This document shows, piece after piece, positions 42,001 through 54,000 of a stretch of DNA of 64,000 nucleotides. The notes beneath the pieces were generated by a model. That model saw only the letters and a list, made by a program, of their open reading frames with translations, was not told where the DNA came from and searched no databases. The position numbers were made by a program, and so were the translations under genes. The stretch covers positions 315,732 through 379,731 of the forward strand of contig NMRA01000442.1 in assembly GCA_002633005.1 (NCBI GenBank), read 5' to 3'. The stretch comes from Phoronis australis. Taxonomy: Eukaryota > Animalia > Phoronida. Position 1 is the stretch's first letter, and every line of letters begins with the position of its first letter.

Positions 42001-45000
42001 GCACATCATGAAAACATCTTTTGGGGTGCTCATAGTGCCATGCTCATATGAAGAATTTTTTACATACGTGAGGGCAAGACTAGAGTGTAAATCACCAAGA
42101 AACATTACAATGATACATACTGTAATGTTTCTTGGAGATTTGTCTTGCTCTTAGAAGGATTAACAAATATACCAGGAGTTTGAGCAAGTGTCGATTACAA
42201 CTGTAAATAGACACCACTGTTGTAAATTTACCAAATTCTGCTTACAAGAAGGGTGGTAAATATCACACATTTTGAGGACCACTGAACAAACTGGTTCTCA
42301 AAGTGACTATTGCATGGAGGGCTGTGGCTGCTGCCAAACACTGTACACACTGTCAGATATATCTTATGTAAATTTTAAGCCGGCACAGAAATACAGATCA
42401 CAAACATTTTAAGTCTGGTCTGCATGCCAGCTATTGGCCACACCACATGACCTAATGAACATAAGTTTGAAAAGATTTCTCCCCTTAACCGAGACTCGAC
42501 TCCGGGATTTTATGGGTAGAAGGCCCCCTGCTAAGTCTGATTGGATTTCTGTGTTTGACCGGTGGTCCTGATGGCTCAGTGGCTAGAGCATTTACATTGC
42601 CACTACGGGGCACCACAGTAGTCGTACCAGTCAGAAAATCAATGTCAGTACTGTTCTTGACAACAGATAAACAGCCAAGTTTCTTAATAATGAACAGTTT
42701 GGTAGATGAAGGGATAGATGAAGAGGCTGGCATCAAAAAATCAAAAATAATAAAATTGTTTGAAAGGTGGAACAACATACTCCTACACTGCTCAAAAATG
42801 GAAAGGTGTTGTTATCTCTTTAATAGAAACCTATTCACTAAATTTCTTGAAGAATTCCGAAGGTATAAAAGCAAAGATAGAATCTAAAATACCACTAGGA
42901 GAAACAACAGTAGTAATATCTGCGTGAAAGTCGTCGTCATTCATTGTCAAGCTCATAGAAAAACGTTTGCCAAATTTCACAAAGATCCCACAAGCGGTTA
43001 AGGAGATGCAGACCCAAAAACAAAATTGCCACTAGGGTGCAAGACAGTAGTCACACCATCTGAAAATCAATGTCAGCCAAGGTCTTCACAGCAGGAACAC
43101 GGCCAATATTCATACTGATCTCAACAGCCAAACAGAGATGATAGCTATATGCACCCACACATGTATATGTGGGCACATAAAATTTGAATCGCAGGAGATA
43201 CTTATCTGTTTGTGCTAAAAAAACCAACATGGAAAATGAGTCTAGTGGCCCTAACTAAAGCAGCTATAAACACATGTTTCAGCCAAGAATCAAACTTTAA
43301 TTCAGACCACTTACAACAATAAAATTTGTCTCAAATTGTTCTTTACCCAGAAGAGAGGTGAATTCATGGTTTGCCAAGAACTGACAACTCCTCTTGGCAC
43401 TTTCTGGGTTATGTATATTCATTGTATTGAAGATTTCGTAAGATTTAAAAAAAAAATTCCTTACATTCCTTAAGACTATGCCCAGCACATAAAATGGCTC
43501 ATCCAAGAACAAACGGAAAGTTCTTTCAAATCCCTGACATCAACTTCCATAGGATCATTCCGGATTACATTGTGACACTCGAATCTCACTCTATTTACCC
43601 ACAATGCCACAAATATTTGTCAGGCACATTTGCTGCCTTGTTTTTGCTTCCGTTGTCTGATTCTTTGCAAGTTTTTCTCGGCGCCATTTCTCTGTTCGTC
43701 CTTCCAATGCTAACAAAATATTACTGCTTTGCTGTGCTGCGGGCTGCAACTCCGACGTGAGAAAGTTTGATATACTAGACAAATACCTGTGGATGCGTGA
43801 CGTGAAGTTCTTTGCCTTCCCGACATCAATAAGAGACAAGAAAATGCGAAGCAAGTGGGTAAAACAAGATCGTCGGGTTAATTTTGAACAGAACAGAATC
43901 CCTTTCTTGAAGACACCTGTTCAAATCAGGTACTTTTGAATGGCTGAAATCGGGAATATTTCCACATCCCCTTACACGATCTGCGAAAATGTACTCGATT
44001 TCCAAAATAAGGTGACACACTTTTTGATCTCCAGGACAAAGGAGAGTTTTATCGCCATGTGATCTGGTACAGCTCTATTTGACAGGTTTGCGTGATGGAA
44101 GGTGCGTTCATAGCCATTTTAAATTTCATTTCAATTAAAAATCAATTACTCAAAAGTTGCACTCATTTGGTAACCCCATCAGCAGCCTTTTTGCAAATAT
44201 CTTAATGCATGGAGAAATAAGGAAACAGGAATTTGTTCAGTGTAGCCAAGTCCAAATATGCTAGTTGAAGCTTATGAAGTCACGGGCACAAATAACAGAG
44301 AATACATGCCTGTGAAGACAAATTACGCGTTACCTGGCTTCTCAGTGTACTGTAGTACCATCATCAGTACAGCCGCCACAGAGTCTGAAGCAGTAGTGGC
44401 TGCCTCGTCAATTCCAGGGTGACCTGCAGGTAAATAGGCTGACAATGCATAAATGATGGACAGAGACCTGCAGGTAAACAGGTTGATAATGCATAGATGA
44501 GGGACAAAGACCTGCAGGTAAATAGGATGATTATGCATAGATCAGGGACAGAGACCTGTAGGTAAATAGGCTGATAATGCATAAATGAGGGACAGAGACC
44601 TGCAGGTAAATAGGCTAATAATGCATAAATGAGGGAAGTCCTTCAGGTAAATAAGTGGGGAAGAAAGTCCCACAGGTGAAAAAGGTAGATAATGAATAAG
44701 GATATACAAATGAAGAAACATGTCTGTTAGGGAGTTTAAACAGGTACCCAAGAAGTCACACACAAGCCATGTAACTGGGGCGGAATTAGTTATGGCCGTC
44801 AGCCACGAGACATTTACAGGATAGAACTAGTGAGTATTCAAAATACTTTATTCTCTTGCAATTCAAACTATGTGTTCAAAGAACTAGTGAGTATTCAGAA
44901 TACTTTTTCTCTTGCAATTCAAACTATGTGTTCAACACCGCTCAGTGCCGGCCATTCCGCTAGTGTAGACCAGTTAAGTTGTGAGACTAATCAATAAACC

Positions 45001-48000
45001 CGAGTAGGGCCATGCATCATCTCACCACACTCGCAAGACACTGGATTGACTGAGCGCACACTGTCTACAGGCTACCCAAACAACACAGTTGTCATACTCA
45101 TTAACATCACTTACAAACATGGCTCAATTGGCCGATACTCAGTTCACATTACTCACTAACACAGCTGAACTACTGCAAAACACGCTGCTAGATGCACAAA
45201 CACGATTCACTCATTGGCATCAGTGTACAGACCATGGAATATACACATCATGTTTGTGAGTTTCAGCATGACTTTNTTGACTGTATAAGCCATGTTTTGC
45301 GAATTCAGCGGTATATTTGGTGGAGGGTGAGCCATGTCCGAGTCAGGGTACGAGTTCGTGAGTCGGTAAACTGAGTTTACTGAGTCAGTGAGACGCGTTT
45401 ATGAGTCAGGAGCGATGTTCATGAGCACATCAATCGAAATGTTTCAGTAGCACCGATTTAATTGCTGAGCAGATCACGTCTCACTTCCATACTTGCATCC
45501 ACACCGTATGTAGAGATGGAAGCAAGCCTATGACTTACCCAGCGTTGCAGGCAGCAGATAGGTACATAATAGATCTATGGTCCAACCATGCAACTCGGCA
45601 GGAAACACCGGTAGTGTTGCAGCGATGGTGTACGGCAGTCCGTCTAGAAGGTCGTACTCAAGGAAGGGCACCAGACATCCGAGCACATGAAGAACGGATT
45701 CACCAAGTTCTTCAAGAAAAGCAGATGAAAAAGGAGTTACAACTGTTAAGTGACCAGCAAATAAAAAACATTAGTAAAGAATTCAACAGTTGTTATCACA
45801 GGCATAAAATTCAGATAAAAAAGAGAGACAGTTTTGTTATAATGCACAAAATTGATATTTCTGATATTTTTTCTTTTTTCACTGGGACTTATCTCAATTC
45901 GTACTAATTTATTTGTAAATTCAGATCATGGGGCAAAAATGAATGAATGAATGTACGGTGTAATAGAGCATGTTACCAACAGTTACCAGTCTACATACCC
46001 CAGAAACTTAAGTTTTGTCTTCCATATAACAAAGCATATTAAGCAACATTAACAAATATGACACCAATGGCCTCAATGTCAATAAACAAATTGTGAAAAA
46101 AAAATAACATGTCATGCATAATTTCATGACAGTTTTCTAATTTGTGATCCAAAAAATATCATCTAATTTAGACCTTTGCCATAGCAATGACAGATGGACA
46201 ATTATCATTCATTTCAGTACAAAAAAGATATTCAAAACTTTTGGAAAAACCTTTGAAATTGTCTCTCAGCGTTCATAGCTGTCTACCTCCTTCTTCTAAC
46301 CAAGGGAATAGTGCTTGCCATATTTCTGCAAAAATTGCGTCACTCTCTGACGGTGTTCTAGCACAAAAACTCCAGGGCCATTACCACAAGCTCCAGTGTC
46401 CTGAACTCACGGCAAATAACCATTTTCCGGTGTTGTGGAGACATGTTGACATTTGTCGTGTCAACAGATGGCAGTAGAGTATTTTGTGTGCAACGCCACC
46501 TACATTTTACTGGATTTTAAAAACATTTTCTTCATTTCTTTGCTGTCACCATGCAGTCTAATCACCATTGTTTTAGGGCGAGATGTTCCACTAGTTTGTG
46601 AAAAAAGCACAACACCTATTTCAGCAGGATTCATGGCAGTCACTTGATTCCCCTGCAGAAGCAGCATGGTAGCTCTGCAACGCCAAAAGAATACTCCAAA
46701 TAATTTTTGCCAGAAGATTGAACTATAAGTTTTTGTATTCTACCACTATACGTCTGTTTAATTATATGTTAACTACCACAATCTTTCTGCATTTGGCAAA
46801 CATGCCTCCATGTGCATGTTGTACATAGGTTCGGCAAACTTCTATTAAGTAAAACAAAAACATTCATTTAGTTCAAAATATGAGAAGTAAAAAATGTGAA
46901 ATTGGACTAAATCACCGAAATCCTTTCACCGGGAAATAAAATACATGCACTTCAGGTAACTAACTACCTTGGTTACCAAGGGTCAGCTTCCTTCAAATAT
47001 GTTCAAAATACCACATACTTTCATAATCTTTGGCCTGAACATTTGAAGTCACATGATCATTTTTCTGCAAAATGCCATTCAATAAAGAAGATTGCATCCA
47101 AAAATCTTAACATTGCACTTAAAACTTGCAAAATTCAGTTTATTTAATTGTATTAGCTGCAAAAGCATTTCTGGGATTTTCCTATAAAGCCTTTTAAGCC
47201 GAGAATTGGGCTTTCAATCCCGCATTGGGATAAAGTTTTATGGGTTAAAATGTGGTTTTTCAGAACATTATTGAGGAAATGTGACTTTCAACAAATCAGT
47301 CTGTCGCCTTAACTCACAAGACACAAATTCTGTGTAAGGCACTTAACAGTAACCCCTTTTGTCTCTGGTATAAATAAGACGCTACAAACAATGCACATGC
47401 ATTGAGAAGCAGATTCAGTACGCACATGCTAAAACAGTACAGCCAACTCATAAGGTGGCCTTCGGTGAGATCATGAAAACCAGTCCATTCAAAAGACAAG
47501 AGACAGCAACACAAAAGGCTGAAGTGGAGCGTTCTTCAATCTAGGACAAAATCTAGTTCAACTTAAGCACAGCCACAGTAAACCCTTTACAGCAATAGAA
47601 AATAATGGCCCATAGCGGAGTATCGCTTGCAAGAGGCCTGAACTTCATTTCATGTTTTTATGGTAGTAAAATTTAAAATAACCCCAACGGTCAACGTCCG
47701 GGAAACTCTTAAAATAAAACATGCACTTCCCCGCTCAAGAAGTCGTGGATTTTGTTAAAGTAGCTAAGAAAATTGTTCAAAATCTTGCATGCCTGTGAAT
47801 AGGGTGGACGAACAACCAGTGGTCGAAGTGAAAACTATTCTGACTTGGCTTATAATTCCATTATTAGAACTTTTTAAGCACAACAACCAGAGCAGAAAAC
47901 TAGCTAGACCCAGACACACACACAGACGAGGGGATGGAGCTCAAAAGACAATGGCGTTATCTGCAAGCTAAACAGCCGCAGTAGATCTGGGCGAGAAATA

Positions 48001-51000
48001 CAATCTCCAAACTCAGAACTTCCAACTTAGTTTTGGAATTTCCTGTTCTACTTTAACACTGTTTTATTATTAGTCAACTATACTGCGATTTATGAAGAAG
48101 AATGCCTGATCCTAGATCGCAACCGACCTATCACCAGGACTTTGAGTGATGACTTAACTGACCAATCAGAACGCAGCAGTCTTGACACACTTTCGTTTCC
48201 AAGCTGCCATTTTACCCGACAAACAACACGCTGCCGGGTAAAACTTTTTGTTTGTTTGTTGCCAATTCGCAAGGGGGCGGAGCATGCAATAGGTCAATTG
48301 CTGTCCCTTACATCAGAGCTACAAATTTGAGTTTGAAATCTGGAGCTTTAACTCAAGTGTGCAGCATTCCCATTGCAGGCACTAGGTGCGAACATGGGCT
48401 AGGTACAATCAAGTACAAAATCAAAGAGACCAATCGTGACTTCATGCTAAAACAGAACAGGAAAAGTTAAAACTAAGTCCGAGTTGGTGATGTGCCTGAC
48501 CAACAGTGGATCACAGCCAATTGTCAAGGGAATTCATAGGTCTGGCCAGTAAGTCGTTTTTCCACCCTGGAAAGCATGGTGGCAAGAAACCTGTTGACAA
48601 AACCTCGATGCTATTAATAGCTAAACACTCTCAAATACATTCCAGAGATGTCATTCTATTTTACACAACTGATAACCGATACCTCTGGCCATATCTGCAG
48701 GGATAGTGTCCACTGAAAATGAAACACATTTGATACATTCAGCACAGTCGGAAGTTATAGTCCCAAACTTTTATGCTAATCAAAGTCAACAGTGAGTAAA
48801 GAACATTTTATTCTACAAAAATGGACTGGGTATCTTACCATTTCAATATCGGCGAAATGGAGATTTCTAAAAATGTGAATTTCAAAGTAAAAACAAAAAC
48901 TCGCTAGCTCATTAACTAAAAGTAATTGATACAACATATCCAAATAAAATTATCAATGAGTAACTGGAATAGTACACCAAAAATGCAAAACTCTAGCCCT
49001 TTAAGAGACATTATCAGTCTTACGGCCAAATCCCAATTTTAGGATTACCATTGGATGAGATAGACTTCTTGAAGTTATTAGCTTTGACCAGAGCTATAAA
49101 ACAATAAAACCCACTGTCATCACAAATCGAAAATTCTCGCCATTGTCTAACAGGCCGCTAGCTCACTAAATGCTTTTCCTGCCACCAACTAATTTTAGAA
49201 TTTTAGAATTTTAGTTCTGAGAAAGTATGTTACACATATAAATCATAACCCTCACGAATTTTCACAAATCTTTGTCGCTTTGGCTTTAATAACTCGAAAG
49301 AAATTTAAGTCAAGATTTGCCATGATATTTTTCAACTCATCACTACTCTGTGCATGTATACAGTAAGAAATCTTCAGTTTGGAGCTTAACATAACAGACA
49401 AGTAGAATATTACCTCACTACTATCAATACTCTCAACCAAAATAACTATTAAGGTTAAGCAGAACATTAATGGTAACTGTGTATTATCCAAATATCTGCA
49501 AAGCTATAGATTTTAACTCCACTAGTTAAAACTAAACATTTTCTGAAAGTGGAAAGCTTGTAGAATTTTATTTTTTAAACTTTTTACCAATCTCTCACTA
49601 ATTGGGACACGTGTTTTGATTAAATTCAGCCAAACAACGTAAATCCGTCCCAAAACAACAGTAACAATAACGTGACCAAATTTAGATCATAGTTCAAGAT
49701 GACATTTCAAGAACACTGTTAATAGTTTTTCTAAACCATTGTTTTGTTTTCATTTTTATACATTTAAAAAAAAAGAAAAGTCCATCATTTTGAAGAATAG
49801 TGCATGACAGTTTCATAAGAATCAGATAAGCCATTTTAGAGATGTGACGCTCGAAGTTAGCCAACCTGTAGTATTTTTCTAAGGACCTACATAACCATAA
49901 TTCAGGTCACATTTTGAGAGAGGGAACACACATCACAAATTGTGAGGATTTGGTAAAAATTTGACAATTTGTCGAGCATATGCAGCAATGTAGTCACCCT
50001 TTCAAAAAATGTCAATTTCGGCAATTCTTCTCTCAAATACAAAAATTCCAACTAAAATCGCCTGTTCAGAAAGGGGATCAAGAAACCACTCCCCAACGCG
50101 CACTGGTCATGTGAGGGAGTGGTCAAAGACCACATTTGCATTTCTTGCTCCTTACCAAGTTGTCCAGCTTGCACCATGGGTACGATATCGGCAATGGTCA
50201 AGGTCGCGTCATACAGACCGGAGTAGTTGAGAGTGGGAAACACGGAGAGGCGTACCACGTCCTTCTGGCGCACGGTGTAAACTTCGTGCGTTGACTTGGG
50301 CACATCTTTGAGAACACTGAGGAAACACAAACCATAAAAGATTACTTTTGTCTCATGTTCGCGTTGCACAGTGATCACAGCAATCTTAATAGTTTCCAAT
50401 CGGAAAAGACATTGCATTCCACGCAGGTGTTCCAGTTCAACGAGCCATCTGTACCACCGATTGCACACACAAAATTTGCAAAAATAGGTCACGTGACAAA
50501 ATGTTAAAAAATATATCACGTGATGTGACCACACGACTATGGTGAGATACCTAATATGCAATAATCTTTAATATATTCCGATGATACCATCAATCCTGTT
50601 TTCAGCCACATTGAGTTGAACAGGTCTAGATCAAATGAAAAGTTAGTTCAAACTGTGAATAGGGCTTACTACTGAAGGCATGAGGATTCATTTTTAAATC
50701 ATTTTGCTCAATGTCGACAAACCTTAGGAGCGTCTGTGAAAAGAACTTCAACGTGTTAACGATATCAGTGCCCGACGGCGGTGGAGGGATATTGTTTGTG
50801 ATGCGGTGGTAGTAGTCCTTCAGGTTACGCACCTTGGCGTCGACTAAAAACAAATAAGAAACCATTACACGCACGATCATTTCATCAAACGCATTACAAC
50901 ACCGCTCTACAAAAGCACATAATACAAGAGCAACGCAATGTCGACATGTGCCAACGACTGCACTGCAAACCTTGTGCTTCAAGTGGTGAAACCCTAGAAA

Positions 51001-54000
51001 AATGACCAATGTGGTTTAACATCTTAGAAATGGCTGATTGCAATCAATTTAGACTTTTAGATACAGTTCAGATACACACTGTTCTCCAAAAGACTGACAG
51101 GAATTCATTTTAAAGCGTTCCCCATTTGAATGAAAAACGCGACAGTAGCACAAAATGAAATGATAATTTAGAAAACCATGCCAGTGAACTTTGTTCAACA
51201 AAAAATGGTCATACTGCTACGAATGTACATTTCTTTATTGCAAACTTTTAATAAAAGGAGATGGTGATGTGACCAATTTGAATAGCATAAGGCAGAATAG
51301 TATGAATCCAAAAATCAAATTCTTCAGTCTTTCTACTTTCAGAAAATATAATATTATACTTTATACCACAATATCAGCCTCGAATGGCCAATACAACCCT
51401 GTAATAACCCATTTAGTAATCTCAATAGTGAAATAACATTTTGGCGGGAAACCGAGGCCAGATTCGAACCCGGGCTTCAAGAGTTTCGAGTCGCCGACTT
51501 TACCACTACACCACTCAGGGCTGACGTCATTGAACGTGAAAATAGAATTACTTAAATGAACACGCGCAACAATCGCATGTTCATCAAAGGGCATTGTACC
51601 AACATTTATATGCTATGAAAAATAAGATGCATAATTTCCATAAAAACGATATTTTAATTCAGTGAAATTTTTCTCTCATGCTCTCACTTGTAAATCACCA
51701 ATATCCAATTAGAATGCGGGTATCGCGTCGTCAGGATCCTTTGACTTGAGCATTATACTCAATTACTAGTGATAACCAACTTCAGCAGACGATATGTTCA
51801 GAGTCGAACCTTAGCATGATAAAATGTGTAGCAAGCTATAATAGTTGCTAAACCTTAATTTATAGATTCACTTTATTTCTACTTTGTATAAATTTTCAAT
51901 TGGTTTTTAATAAAAGCATTATTTGACAGATTAGATCTACTTTTCTTAAAAGGTCACAACCTCCTACTACGGGCCTCTGACACAGAAAATAGTTACAAAG
52001 CAAAGGCGAGTTGAGAAAGGTAGATCAATTCATTGCAATGCTTCTCATTCATTATGTGGTATAACTAGATAATTAAATGTTCTCAGTCGTTATCCCCCTC
52101 ATCTAGAGCCCTTGTGGATTTTGGAGATTTTTCACCCTTGGGGCTGATGCCCCTCGGGCGATAACTCTCCAAAATCCACTAGGGCTCTAGAATACAGGGG
52201 GGGGGGGGTTAATGACTTCGCCATGTCATAATCTACATTTAACATTATTAAATTCTATGGTTTTGCAGATATTTGGGCAATATAGTCTGACATAACTTGA
52301 CAAAATCTTTAGAACCAGTTTTCTCTACTGAATAACCAGCATTAACTGGTTCTCAAAATGTGGGCACATTATATCAGACTATTGGATAAATGCATAAAAC
52401 CTTGAAATACAAATCTAGGGAGTCAGTGTTAATACAATGAACATTTCATTACATGGCTTATCAATTCCTCACATCAACAAGCCCAGCTACTACAGTGATC
52501 TTTCAACTGATTTCATAACTGTGGTTTATCTAAGCCAGGTTTAAAAGCTAAAGCTGGTCTTAATACCTGGTCTAATTTTAGACCTAAGNNNNNNNNNNNN
52601 NNNNNNNNNNNNNNNNNNNNNNNNNNNNNNNNNNNNNNNNNNNNNNNNNNNNNNNNNNNNNNNNNNNNNNNNNNNNNNNNNNNNNNNNNNNNNNNNNNNN
52701 NNNNNNNNNNNNNNNNNNNNNNNNNNNNNNNNNNNNNNNNNNNNNNNNNNNNNNNNNNNNNNNNNNNNNNNNNNNNNNNNNNNNNNNNNNNNNNNNNNNN
52801 NNNNNNNNNNNNNNNNNNNNNNNNNNNNNNNNNNNNNNNNNNNNNNNNNNNNNNNNNNNNNNNNNNNNNNNNNNNNNNNNNNNNNNNNNNNNNNNNNNNN
52901 NNNNNNNNNNNNNNNNNNNNNNNNNNNNNNNNNNNNNNNNNNNNNNNNNNNNNNNNNNNNNNNNNNGTTTTTCTAAAGAGTCAACAACTTTGTCTGATGG
53001 AGAAGGTAATGACAACAGGAGGTGCGTTAATTTAGGCAAAACAAACGATTTAACTACGGTTATTTTTCCTAGCGTAGTGAGCGATCTCCTGGACCAACAC
53101 GTCAAATCTCTGTAAATCTCTTGTATTTTGACATTGTAATTTAAGTCTGGAATTTCTGATAAATTTGTGCTAAATGTGACTCCCAGAATTGAGAATTTTT
53201 GTTTTTGCCAAGATAAATTTAATTCTGGACACAAGCGCAATTCACTTCCCCTCATCCGACCTATCCAAATACAATGAGTTTTTTCTACATTTGGTCTCAG
53301 ACCAGAGAATTTGTGAAATTGGTCCAGGAGATCAAGCGAGTATTTTAAGGATTCTGTTGTACCATCTAAAAACAAAACCGTGTCATCTGCATATTGCAGA
53401 AGCTTAAGGTCGTTGACATCTGGGATGCCAATACCTTTTATATTTTTATTTTCACGAAACATAATGGCCATTATTTCAACACAAATGATAAAAAGATAGG
53501 GGGACACAGGATCACCTTGTTTACATCCGCGACCAATTTTGAAGTATTCTGAAGTTATGCCGTGCTGGATCACACAAAGTGTAGCGTTTGAATTTAGTAA
53601 GCGCACCCAATCAATTAGGTTTTTACCAAAGTTGAAAAAAGATAGGGTTTTGTAGATCATTTTCCACGAAATGGAATCGAAGGCTTTCTCAAAGTCAATT
53701 TGAACTATCAGACCGGGTATATCATATTCTTCTGAGCAATTTAAAATGTCGTAGATGGTTCTAATATTTTCACCAATAAACCTCCCCTTGATAAAGCCTT
53801 TCTGATTTTCATGAATGATTTTGGTAATGACGCTTTTAATACGATGTGCAATACAACCTGATAAAACTTTATAACTTGTATTTAAGAGAGAAATGGGGCG
53901 CCAATTGCTCAAGAATTCACGCGGCTTTTTACCTTTTGGAATAATAGTGATCACGCCCTGAATTTGACTTGGGGGCATGGAACCACGAGCAAAACTGTTA

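Noticed and set aside
42485-42887. Overlapping ORFs as a possible extra unc-79 exon
   Set aside because: Exons 5 and 6 join in phase and match UNC79 without it; the segment runs into a dispersed repeat also seen at about 37590-38050
51442-51521. Functional tRNA gene
   Set aside because: Acceptor and anticodon stems do not pair; kept only as a SINE/pseudo-tRNA
52584-52966. C-terminal part of the 541-aa ORF
   Set aside because: Gap-derived X residues; only 52967-54347 is real sequence
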